Part shown: piece by piece, positions 51,925 to 60,572 of the stretch
Layout of the letters: each line of letters starts with the position of its first letter
Numbering within the stretch: position 1 is the first letter of the stretch
From: Candidatus Krumholzibacteriota bacterium
Lineage (GTDB): Bacteria; Krumholzibacteriota; Krumholzibacteriia; JAJRXK01
Length of the DNA: 64,000 nt
Assembly: GCA_963806035.1 (NCBI GenBank)
Contig: CAWDWO010000008.1
Span: 1 to 64,000, forward strand
Direction: 5' to 3'
The notes under the pieces: model-generated
The model's input: only the letters and a program-made list of their open reading frames with translations
Told to the model about the DNA's origin: nothing
Database searches by the model: none
Made by a program: the position numbers and the translations under genes

Positions 51925-51968
51925 GAACCATCGCCCAACGAGAGTTGATCTCAGGCTGAGAAAAGCGC

Positions 51969-52000
51969 GAGGGCGGAGCCGGATGGCTCCGCCCTCTTTG
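51969..52000. terminator. Intrinsic terminator between convergent genes
   Basis: Perfect 12-bp stem GAGGGCGGAGCC-ggat-GGCTCCGCCCTC followed by TTTG. Confidence 0.8.
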
Positions 52001-52063
52001 TGTCGCCATGGGCTTCTGAGCGATTCAGGATTCGCCCCGCGACGAGTCCGAAGAAGTGGCTCC

Positions 52064-52345
52064 TCAGTGAAGCTCGAGTTCGGCCAGGCGCTGCAAGCTG
52101 CGCACGCTTTCGGTGGGTACCACGACGCGCGGAATGTCACCGCGCTGACCCACCATGCTCACGCGTTTGAGGTACTCGTCGCGGCTCAAGCTGCTCTCTC
52201 CCTCGACGTGAGCCTCCACGTCCAGAAGAACCACCTGCTGGGGAGTGACGGTGTCACAGCGACCGACGAAAAGTTCCGGTCCATCGGTCACGACCACCAC
52301 GGTGATTCCGTGCAACTCGCCCTTGTCGTGATGAAAAGTGCCCAT
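52064..52345 (-). CDS. Small hypothetical protein, possible Sm/SH3-like beta-barrel
   Basis: SD present, 25 nt after brxA; ITVVVVT-GPELFVGRC-VVLLDV-VVVP strand pattern. Confidence 0.7.
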   Translation of the reverse strand: MGTFHHDKGELHGITVVVVTDGPELFVGRCDTVTPQQVVLLDVEAHVEGESSLSRDEYLKRVSMVGQRGDIPRVVVPTESVRSLQRLAELELH

Positions 52346-52370
52346 GTGTTCCCTCTCGAGCCCTTCGTGC

Positions 52371-52796
52371 TCAGGCCGTCACGCAGTGCTTCTGGAAGGC
52401 CTCGGTGAGCTCCTGTGCGATCTCCTGCGCGCTGCGGCTCTCGATGCGATGCCGGGGCAAGAAGTGCACGATCTCACCGTTCTTGAACATCACCATGCTG
52501 GGGCTGCTCGGCGGAAACTCGGCGAAGTGAGACCTGGCCTGCGCCGTGGCCTCGACATCCTGTCCCGCGAAGACCGTGGCCACCCTGGCAGGACGCGCCG
52601 AGTGCTTGAGCGCCAGCTCCACCGCGGGCCGAGCCTGGCCAGCGGCACAGCCACAGACGCTGTTGATGATGAGAAGTCCGGGGCTATCGTTCTGGGCCAT
52701 CCACTCGTCCACCGCGGCGGCGGTGGTGAGTTCCTGAACCCCGAGACGAGTGAGCTCCTCACGCATGGGAGCTACCAGCTGCGGATCGTACGGCAT
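52371..52796 (-). CDS. brxA: Bacilliredoxin BrxA/BrxB family
   Basis: PMREELT, NSVCGCAAG.ARP, TVFAGQD.EAT, PPSSPS; AAGGAG SD. Confidence 0.92.
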   Translation of the reverse strand: MPYDPQLVAPMREELTRLGVQELTTAAAVDEWMAQNDSPGLLIINSVCGCAAGQARPAVELALKHSARPARVATVFAGQDVEATAQARSHFAEFPPSSPSMVMFKNGEIVHFLPRHRIESRSAQEIAQELTEAFQKHCVTA

Positions 52797-52837
52797 GCAA
52801 ATCACTCCTTGTGGACAACCGCGGACGGGGGTGCGGT

Positions 52838-52856
52838 ATTGAAAACCGATTTCAAT
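52838..52856. promoter_or_regulatory. 19-bp AT-rich palindrome, Fur-family-like operator
   Basis: ATTGAAA-accga-TTTCAAT about 40 nt upstream of brxA in GC-rich DNA. Confidence 0.55.
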
Positions 52857-53027
52857 CCCCCACTAGCTAGACCAAAAGAGCTGCTGCGGCAAGGCAAAGA
52901 GCGCTTTGGACTTGCCAAATCGGGCGCTCGTGATCTTCCTTAGCGCTCGGGGAAGCGGGAACGGACCCGGCCCCGGCGCGTTTCAGGCTTAGGAGATTTC
53001 AGAGTCGTATCCCAGGGGAAGTGAGCC

Positions 53028-53753
53028 ATGATGGACCAATCGCGTTCCTTCGATCTTCAAGAGCGCCAACGCATCCTCAGCCGCAGCTCGGTGGAGGCGC
53101 GGACCTCCTTCCTCAGCCAGGTCTACGCCTGGATGTGCACCGGCCTGGTCGTGACCGCCCTCACCGCCTATGGCCTGCTCCAGAACCGCGAGCTGATGGC
53201 CCAGCTGGTGGGCGGTCAGGGACGCTTTCTGCTTTTGATCGGGTTGCAACTCGGAGCGGTGATCGTGCTGGCCGCGGCCTTCCAGAGGCTCTCCTTCGCG
53301 GCGGCGGCAGGGCTCTTCCTGCTGTACTCGGCCCTGACGGGGGTGACCTTCTCCACTCTCTTCCTCGTCTACACCGGAGCCAGTATCGCCTCGGTGTTCT
53401 TCATCACCGCCGGTACCTTCGGCGCGGTCAGCTTCTATGGAATGACGACCAAGCGCGATCTATCGGGCTGGGGCTCTTACCTCTTCATGGGTCTCATCGG
53501 CATCATCGTCGCCTCGCTGGTCAACCTCTTCCTCCACAGCGATGGTCTGACGATGGCGGTGTCCTATCTGGCTGTCTTGATCTTCACCGGTCTGACCGCC
53601 TACGACACCCAGCGCCTGATGCTCGTGCACGAATCCGGAAGGGCCCACGGGCGCGCGGGATCGAAGTTGGCGGTCTACGGCGCGCTGCAGCTCTACCTCG
53701 ATTTCATCAACCTCTTCCTGGCGCTGCTGCGCATCATGGGCCGGAGGCGCTGA
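53028..53753 (+). CDS. Bax inhibitor-1/YccA family membrane protein
   Basis: F...VY.WM..GL, TKRDLS, TAYDTQ, ALQLYLDFINLF. Confidence 0.93.
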   Translation: MMDQSRSFDLQERQRILSRSSVEARTSFLSQVYAWMCTGLVVTALTAYGLLQNRELMAQLVGGQGRFLLLIGLQLGAVIVLAAAFQRLSFAAAAGLFLLYSALTGVTFSTLFLVYTGASIASVFFITAGTFGAVSFYGMTTKRDLSGWGSYLFMGLIGIIVASLVNLFLHSDGLTMAVSYLAVLIFTGLTAYDTQRLMLVHESGRAHGRAGSKLAVYGALQLYLDFINLFLALLRIMGRRR

Positions 53754-53779
53754 GAGAGCGGCGCGAAGGCGAGTTTCTC

Positions 53780-55033
53780 TCAGGGATTCCGCGTGTTCTC
53801 CTCCAGGCGGTGAATCTTGCCCTGCGCGGCGTATTCCAAAACGTAGAGACTGCCGTCCGCCCCCAGACCGAAGGAGGAGATGCGGAAGGGTGCGTCCAGC
53901 AGCTTCTTTAGTTTCTGAGCGTCGTGGTCGATGGCCCAGATGCGGCCGGAGGAAAAGTCGCCGAATACGTAACGGCCCTCTAGCGAACTCAGATTGGCTC
54001 CCCGCACCAGGTAGCCGCCAGTGATCGAGGCATTGCCCTCGGTGTGCGGATACTCGTACAGGGGATCCAGGAAGGGGCCGGCCGAGGAGCACTGCGGCGA
54101 AGGGCCGTCGGGAGGTCCCAGGTAGTCATGGGCTCCCTCGCGGCAGTCCCAACCGTAGTTGCCGCCCTTGACGATGCGATCGACTTCTTCCCACGTGCCC
54201 TGCCCCACTTCTCCCGCCCAGAGTTCTCCGCTTGGGGCGTCGTAGGAAATGCGCCAGGGATTGCGCAGTCCATAGGCGAAGATCTCCTCCTTGAAGCCCT
54301 CACTGTTCCCCACGAAGGGGTTGTCGGCTGGAATCGCGTAGTAGGGTGGAGTGTTTTCGTTGGCTCCCACGTCGATGCGCAGGATCGAACCGAGGTAATT
54401 TGTACGGTCCTGGGCGGAGTCCACCGGATTTCCCCCGCCACCTCCATCGCCCAGACTCAGGTAGAGTTCGTTCCCCACTCCGAAGCACATCCCACCCCCG
54501 TTGTGGTTGGAGAAAGGTTCGTCGAACTGCCTGAGAATGACCTCACTGGAGGCTTGCGCGCTGAGCCCGTCGCTGTCCGCCGTGAAGCGCGCGAGGCGGC
54601 TGTGATAGCCCGACGCATCCGAGGTGGTGTAGTACACGTAGAACCAGCGGGAACTCTCGTAGTCGGGACGAAAGGCCAGGCCCAGAAGTCCCAACTCGCT
54701 GGACGCACTGGCGACGCTGTCGGCAATGTCCAGGAAGAGCGTCGCGCGCGAGGAGTCCGCGGGATCGAGCATGAGGATTTTTCCCTGCTTCTCCACCACG
54801 AACAGCCGTTGCCCCAGACCCGGGGCCGCGCACAGCCCCACCGGGTTTTCCAGGCTGACCTGGGGATAGACGCTCGTGAGCTTGTAGTCGTAGAGCTTGG
54901 GTGTCGGCGAAACGGAATCCGAACAGCCGGCGAGGGAAGCCAGGAGCACCAGGATTGCGCAAGCGGTGGAGGGAAGGGCGCGACGCAGGAAGCGGCAGGC
55001 CCTGCGCGGGCTAAAGGACACGCGAATCGACAC
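53780..55033 (-). CDS. PQQ-dependent sugar (glucose/sorbosone) dehydrogenase family lipoprotein
   Basis: Lipobox LAGC; ELGLLGLAF.P, NHNGG, GDGG, AYGLRNPWR, NYGW; start uncertain (ORF extends to 55063). Confidence 0.88.
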   Translation of the reverse strand: MSIRVSFSPRRACRFLRRALPSTACAILVLLASLAGCSDSVSPTPKLYDYKLTSVYPQVSLENPVGLCAAPGLGQRLFVVEKQGKILMLDPADSSRATLFLDIADSVASASSELGLLGLAFRPDYESSRWFYVYYTTSDASGYHSRLARFTADSDGLSAQASSEVILRQFDEPFSNHNGGGMCFGVGNELYLSLGDGGGGGNPVDSAQDRTNYLGSILRIDVGANENTPPYYAIPADNPFVGNSEGFKEEIFAYGLRNPWRISYDAPSGELWAGEVGQGTWEEVDRIVKGGNYGWDCREGAHDYLGPPDGPSPQCSSAGPFLDPLYEYPHTEGNASITGGYLVRGANLSSLEGRYVFGDFSSGRIWAIDHDAQKLKKLLDAPFRISSFGLGADGSLYVLEYAAQGKIHRLEENTRNP

Positions 55034-55123
55034 GAAGGCGCCTTTCGGCCGGGGAGAATCCAAGCACAGTCTAGGCGAAACTCCGCGGAACTGCGCCCGC
55101 CCCCGTGCCGCATGCGGTCAAGC

Positions 55124-57745
55124 TCAGAACTTCTGACGACCTCCGTCGTGGATTTCCACGGGATCGGCGCGCAGCACCGGCTGCCCCGGTGAGTGGAAGA
55201 GAGCGCGCAAGAAACGCAGCTCCTTCTCGCTCAGGCCCATCCACGGGCCCAGGGGGCGCAGCGGTCCTCCGGAGAGCGAATCGAGCGCCAGCTCCCCCCC
55301 CAGCGAGGGCAAGAGATTCGGCCGCAGAGCCGCCAGGTTGAACGCTCCCAGGCTGGGACCCTCCGCCAAGCTCACTTCTCTCTCAGGGGGAATACCCGCC
55401 AGATCCTTGGCCACCTGAATCGCTTTCCAGAGCCCTCCGATCTCATCCACGAGACCCTCGCTCAGCCCGCGCCGCCCGCTCCAGATGCGCCCCTGCCCCA
55501 CCGAATCGACGTGCGCCTCGCTCAGGCCCCTTCCCTTGGCCACCTGGCTGACGAAATCGCCGTACATCGCGCGGATGGTCTGTTCCACCCGCTCCTGCTC
55601 CTTGTGATCGAGAGGGCGGTACGGCACCGTCACGCCGAGGAAGGGGAGCTGGATACCGCCGCCCATGTCGGCGTGCGCGCCCCGCTGAACCTGGCTGTAG
55701 TCGAAGCCGATCTTCTCGGAGAAACCCTTGTCGTAGATCCAACCCCCGATCACTCCGATGCTGCCGGTGAGGGTGAGTGGCGAGGCGAGCAGCGAATCGC
55801 AGTACATGCTGATCCAGTACCCGCCGGAAGCGGCGACGTTGCCCTGGCTCACGACGACCGGCTTCTCCTTCATGGTCTTCAGCATTGCCCGCGCGACCAT
55901 GTCACTGGGCAGAGGGTCCCCCCCCGGGGAATCGACGCGCAGGATCAGCGCCTTGACCGTCGGATCTCTGCGCGCCTGTTCGATCTGTTTGCTCAGTCGG
56001 CGTCCCTCGATCCCCTCATCCATCGCGCACTCGCCGATGGCATAGAGCACCGCGATCCTGTCTGGTTCGCCCCACTCGGCCCTTCGCCAGCGGGGGTCCC
56101 CCGTGACACTCAAAAGGGAGTGTTTCCTCGCGGGCTGAGTCGCCGGAGTCGTATCGCTCTCCGTCCCCTTCTCGGCCCCCTTGCGGGCCTCCTCGTAGCT
56201 CCCCACCTCGTCGACCAGGTGCAACTGCAGTGCTTCGGGCGCCCGCAAAAAACCGCGGGTGTCGACGATCTCGTCGAACTGAGAGCTGCTGAGTCCGCGA
56301 GCGGAGCAGATCAAAGAGCGCGCCTCTTCGTAGTAATCGTCCAGCAGCGCCTGGCGCTGCTCTCGATCCGCCTCGCTCTGGGAGCTGCGGGAGAGCACTT
56401 CGAAGGCCGACTTGTACTTGAAGTAGCGCCACGCCTCGACCCCCAGTCCCAGCTTGGTGAGGGCGTCATGGTAATAGGTTTTTCCCCAACTCAATCCGCG
56501 CAGGTCCAGGTCGCCTTGGGGATCGAGCCAGATCTCGTCCGCGCAACTCGCCAGCATTGTGCCCATGAGCGTCAGGCGATCGGCATAGACCACGACGGTC
56601 TTGCCGCGCGCCCGAAACTCCTCGAGCTGCTCCCTCAGCTCCCAGAGCATCTCGCTGCTGATCTGCATTCCGGAGAGATTGAGCACGAGACGATCGACGC
56701 GCGGCTCATCGGCCCAGTCGGCGATGCGCGTGAGAGTGGACAGGAGGGTGTTGCGATCATCGAAGTAGCGGTAGCGGCGATAGGGCATGGCGCCCTTCAA
56801 CGAGAGTTCCACCGTGGAACCGCTCTTTAGAGCCGCGTGCGACAGGCACAGTGGCGCATCCACTTGCGCGCCGAGCTGGATCGAGTAGACCTTCTGCAGC
56901 ACTCGATTCTCGTCCATCTCCACGATCGAACTGGCCCTGGATCCCCCATCGAAGCTCAGGGCGAGTCCGAAGCCAAAGACGCCGCCGTCGCGGTAGCGAA
57001 GGCTGGCGCGCAGGCCGGGCACGATCTGGCTTTCGATTCCCAGACCGCCCCGCCACTCGGCCCTCTCGGTGTCGTCGGGGCGGGCGCTCAGTTCGCCGAA
57101 GAATGTCCAGGCCGGTCCGAAGGGTCGCAATCCCAGATCGGTCTGAGCCGCGAGTTTACCCGTTTGCAAATCCCAGTCGCCGTTGAGCCCGAAGGAGGCG
57201 AAACGGCGTCGCTCGATGAGACCCGCGCTCATCCGGCGATGGCGCGGCATCAGATCCCGATCCCCACCAGCCCAAGAATACGCCAGCCCGAGCGCATGGG
57301 AGCGGTTGCCTCCGCTCAGCGCGAGGGAATATTCGTTCACGGTGGGGCGATCCACCTCAAGGTCCTGCAGGAATGGCGAAGCACTGGAGCGCCCCTCAAA
57401 ATCGAAGCGCCGGTAGGAGAAACTCAACGCGGGCAAGGAGACGATGGCGGCCAGATCGTGCGATTCCAAGAAGAGTGGACGGTCGAGGGGGTGCACGCGG
57501 AGCTGATCGTTCCTCTTCCAGCCGAAGTAGATTCCCGACTTGGATCCGCTGCCGAAGGCCGCCGGATTGAAGAGCCCCGCCGCCAGACTGGAAGAGGTTC
57601 CCGGCGGGCTGGCGAGCCAGCTCGATTCCGTGGCGTAATCGGGGAGTCCATCGTCCTTCGCGGCCCGAGCAGGGCGGACCGAAGCTGAGATGAGGAACAG
57701 GCTCAAAAGGAAAAGTGAAGCTGCATGGGGACGGAGGCACTGCAT
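55124..57745 (-). CDS. sppA: Signal peptide peptidase SppA (S49) with large N-terminal extra domain
   Basis: KYKSA.E, LRVDSPGG, VAASGGYW, TGSIGV, GQGRIWSG; about 300-aa beta-rich N-domain after a signal peptide. Confidence 0.85.
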   Translation of the reverse strand: MQCLRPHAASLFLLSLFLISASVRPARAAKDDGLPDYATESSWLASPPGTSSSLAAGLFNPAAFGSGSKSGIYFGWKRNDQLRVHPLDRPLFLESHDLAAIVSLPALSFSYRRFDFEGRSSASPFLQDLEVDRPTVNEYSLALSGGNRSHALGLAYSWAGGDRDLMPRHRRMSAGLIERRRFASFGLNGDWDLQTGKLAAQTDLGLRPFGPAWTFFGELSARPDDTERAEWRGGLGIESQIVPGLRASLRYRDGGVFGFGLALSFDGGSRASSIVEMDENRVLQKVYSIQLGAQVDAPLCLSHAALKSGSTVELSLKGAMPYRRYRYFDDRNTLLSTLTRIADWADEPRVDRLVLNLSGMQISSEMLWELREQLEEFRARGKTVVVYADRLTLMGTMLASCADEIWLDPQGDLDLRGLSWGKTYYHDALTKLGLGVEAWRYFKYKSAFEVLSRSSQSEADREQRQALLDDYYEEARSLICSARGLSSSQFDEIVDTRGFLRAPEALQLHLVDEVGSYEEARKGAEKGTESDTTPATQPARKHSLLSVTGDPRWRRAEWGEPDRIAVLYAIGECAMDEGIEGRRLSKQIEQARRDPTVKALILRVDSPGGDPLPSDMVARAMLKTMKEKPVVVSQGNVAASGGYWISMYCDSLLASPLTLTGSIGVIGGWIYDKGFSEKIGFDYSQVQRGAHADMGGGIQLPFLGVTVPYRPLDHKEQERVEQTIRAMYGDFVSQVAKGRGLSEAHVDSVGQGRIWSGRRGLSEGLVDEIGGLWKAIQVAKDLAGIPPEREVSLAEGPSLGAFNLAALRPNLLPSLGGELALDSLSGGPLRPLGPWMGLSEKELRFLRALFHSPGQPVLRADPVEIHDGGRQKF

Positions 57746-57883
57746 CTCTCTTACTTCCTCGGTTTCGCTGGAGGCTACGCGGCGGAGCCTAAGACTTTCG
57801 CGCTTCTCGCACAAGACGAGCCCTCACTTGCCGGATGAGCCCTAGCGGGGCATGCTCCTCTTCCCGCGGTCACGGAGGCGGCC

Positions 57884-58570
57884 ATGAATCCTTCCCGCAG
57901 TCTCATGTTTTTCTCACTCGGCTTCGCCGTCTTTCTCTTGAGCCCGGCGTACCTCGTGGCCTCCGCGCCCCCCGAGGGACTTCTGCGCGTGGGAGACCTG
58001 CTCGATCTCTTCACTCCGCTGGTTTTGGTGCCTCTTTACGCTCTCCTCTTGTACCAGCGTGACGGCGCCTGGCCCCGCTGGCCCAAGATGCTTCTGTTCC
58101 TCCTGCTCTGCGCCGCCTGGGTCGAAGGACATTCGGTCCACCTGGCCGCGAATGCCCTGGGACATTTGCTCGATGCCCAGCCGCCGAGCGCGGCCTACCG
58201 CCTGGACTACTTCCTGGACGAACACCTGAGTCACGTGGTGTGGCATGCCGCCATCATCCTGCTCGCGTGCCTGCTCTTGGTGCGGGGCAAACTCGAAATG
58301 GAAGTTTCGCGGTTGAGCTGCATCGTGAGTGCCGTGCCCTACGGATTCAGCTATTTCGCGATCACGGTCGAGGGACAGACTTCTGCGATGGGAATCGTCG
58401 CGGCGCTGGCGCTCTCGGGATTCATCGCTTCGAAGTTCAGAGAACGTCGACGAGATGCATACTCCGTCTTCTTTCTCATCGCGCACTTGCTGGCGCTCAT
58501 CCTCTACCTGATCTGGTTTCTGATGAACGGGGGGCTGCCCCAGTTCAGCGAAGTTGGTCTATTGAAATGA
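57884..58570 (+). CDS. Hypothetical multi-TM membrane protein
   Basis: GGAGG SD; about 7 TMs; His-rich motifs EGHSVH..N and DEHLSH. Confidence 0.72.
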   Translation: MNPSRSLMFFSLGFAVFLLSPAYLVASAPPEGLLRVGDLLDLFTPLVLVPLYALLLYQRDGAWPRWPKMLLFLLLCAAWVEGHSVHLAANALGHLLDAQPPSAAYRLDYFLDEHLSHVVWHAAIILLACLLLVRGKLEMEVSRLSCIVSAVPYGFSYFAITVEGQTSAMGIVAALALSGFIASKFRERRRDAYSVFFLIAHLLALILYLIWFLMNGGLPQFSEVGLLK

Positions 58571-58630
58571 AGAGACTGCCAACGAGAAGAGACCGCCCCA
58601 AAAGGAACGGCCTCTCATTCTTGCTGCCGG

Positions 58631-58662
58631 CGCGGCGCAGCTGCTAAAGGGCGTGCGCCGCG
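58631..58662. terminator. Hairpin between convergent genes
   Basis: CGCGGCGCA...TGCGCCGCG 9-bp stem, no clear U tract. Confidence 0.35.
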
Positions 58663-58683
58663 GGAGCAGGAAAACGCGGGTTT

Positions 58684-58950
58684 TTACATGATCACGAAAT
58701 CGTGGGCGCGCACCGTCTTGCGGCCGTTCGCCTTGGCGCGCTTGGCGGCCTGCTCGATGTACCAATAGACAAGGCCATTGAGACCATCGAGAGCATCACC
58801 GGCAACGTTGACACCGTGCTTCTTGAGCGCGACCTTGGTCTTGCTCCCCACGAGCAACATCTCCATGGCGGCCTTCCTGGGCGCGGCCTTCTTTCTCGTC
58901 GTCTTCTTCTTGGCGGTCTTCCTCTTGGCAGCGGTCTTCTTCTTGGCCAC
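58684..58950 (-). CDS. Bacterial histone-fold protein (88 aa) with Lys/Arg-rich N-terminal tail
   Basis: AAGGAGG SD 6 nt before GTG; core LLVGSKTK...VAGDALDGLN...A.KRAKANGRKTVRAHDF carries the histone-fold RKTV..D motif. Confidence 0.88.
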   Translation of the reverse strand: MAKKKTAAKRKTAKKKTTRKKAAPRKAAMEMLLVGSKTKVALKKHGVNVAGDALDGLNGLVYWYIEQAAKRAKANGRKTVRAHDFVIM

Positions 58951-59191
58951 AGTGGGCCTCCTTGGGTTTTGATTGTCAAACGAGGAGCCGGTACCATACC
59001 GGTCCTTCAAGATCGACAACGAGTCCGAGGGAAGTCCTACCCTTGGTGCAGTACACCGTGATGGAGTGGGGTCCCATTGCGACCCGTGCGCTGTAAGAGC
59101 CGGAAATAACTCAATCGCGCTGCGACGGCAAGCGTTTTCGCGAGAACTTGTCCTCTGCCGAGCTGAGTTTGCTCGGCTCGGACCGCCATTC

Positions 59192-60334
59192 TCAGCGAGC
59201 AGCTGCCTCACTCGCGGCCGGGACTTTCTGGATCGCGACCAACTCGAGTCGCAGGATGAGCGGACTGTTCGCGGGGACGACCCCCGGAATGCCTCGTGCG
59301 CCGAAACCGAGCCTGGCGGGAAGAAACACCCAGCGCTCTTCCCCCACCCTCATCTGCAGAAAGTTCATCTCCCATTGGAGGCCTCTGCGGGGCTCGCCCG
59401 CCTTGAGCACTTTGGGCTGTCCTTCCTGATAGGTCGATTCCACCACTTTGCCGTCGGGAAGGTAGCAAGCGTAGTTCACCACGATGGACTGCCCCTGCTG
59501 CGGCCTCTTCCCCTCACCCTTCTTGCTTGTGATGGTGCGGCTGCCATCGCGCTGCTCGCGCGATTTCTTGCGCAGTGGATCGACCCTCTCGTGGAAGCGC
59601 TGCGTGTGCAAACGGGTGAGCTGGGTCGCGTTGAGGTCCTTGAGCTCTTGAAAGGTGGCCTCGGCGTCGAAGTTCTGGGCCGCCTTCCCGCGGCGTATGA
59701 ACTTCACCGAGCGCAAGTGCACGTCCTCCGTCGGCTTTTCCTTCTCGGTGGGCACGGAGGAGATCGCCGAGACGACGTCCATCCCGAGCACGACCCTGCC
59801 GAAGATGCTGAAACGGCGATCGAGTTCGGGCTCGCGCTTCTCGGTGATGAAGAATTGACTGCCATTGGTATTGGGACCCTGGTTCGCCATCGCCAAAATC
59901 CCGGGATGATCAAACCTCAGGCCGGGCACGATTTCGTCGCGGAAGCGATAGCCGGGTCCCCCGGTACCAGTACCGGTGGGATCGCCCGTCTGGATGAGAA
60001 AGCCGCCGACAACCCGGTGGAAGATTACGCCGTCGTAGAACGGTTTCTGCGTCGTTTCACCGGTCTGCCGGTTGACGAGCTTCCGCGTCCCTTCGGCGAG
60101 ACCCACGAAATTGGCGACAGTGAGGGGAGCGCGCTGGAAGTAGAGTTTGCACACGATGGCGCCCAGATCGGTCTGAAGCACCGCGTACAGACCATCGTCG
60201 GCGGTCGCTTCTTCGATGGTGCCGTAGCTCGGACCGCTCGCCTCGTCGGTGACATTTTGCGCGTGAACGGAGCTTAGCGGCGGAATGAGAAGCAATACGA
60301 CGAGAAGAATGACTCTTGCGGAAGCGCGGTGCAT
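59192..60334 (-). CDS. Exported peptidyl-prolyl isomerase, cyclophilin plus FKBP domains
   Basis: APLTVANFVGLAEG, FHRV, GDPTGTGTGGPGY, TNGSQFFIT; C-terminal FKBP-like LGFG..G..GVVPANS.L. Confidence 0.92.
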   Translation of the reverse strand: MHRASARVILLVVLLLIPPLSSVHAQNVTDEASGPSYGTIEEATADDGLYAVLQTDLGAIVCKLYFQRAPLTVANFVGLAEGTRKLVNRQTGETTQKPFYDGVIFHRVVGGFLIQTGDPTGTGTGGPGYRFRDEIVPGLRFDHPGILAMANQGPNTNGSQFFITEKREPELDRRFSIFGRVVLGMDVVSAISSVPTEKEKPTEDVHLRSVKFIRRGKAAQNFDAEATFQELKDLNATQLTRLHTQRFHERVDPLRKKSREQRDGSRTITSKKGEGKRPQQGQSIVVNYACYLPDGKVVESTYQEGQPKVLKAGEPRRGLQWEMNFLQMRVGEERWVFLPARLGFGARGIPGVVPANSPLILRLELVAIQKVPAASEAAAR

Positions 60335-60572
60335 CGACGATGGACCTCCAGATTAGCCTTCTGACGCCCACCACGGGCGAACCTCTGGAATCTAGCATCA
60401 GCGGCGGATTTCGCACAGGACTTGCGGTTTCCCCCGGAGGCTCGCCTCCCTCCCGGAGGCCTGACGCAAGAAGCGTCGCCCACGCCCTCAGCTTGAGAAT
60501 TCAGGCCGCTGAAACTACTCTAGAACACTCCGAAGCCGGCGATTCTCCTTCCTTCGCGGATACGGGAGCTCC

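Noticed and set aside
58684..59211. 175-aa version of the histone ORF
   Set aside because: The upstream extension has no protein-like signal and overlaps the PPIase end; a strong SD supports GTG 58950
58684..60334. PPIase as a histone chaperone or modifier
   Set aside because: The PPIase has a signal peptide and is separated from the histone gene by 240 nt
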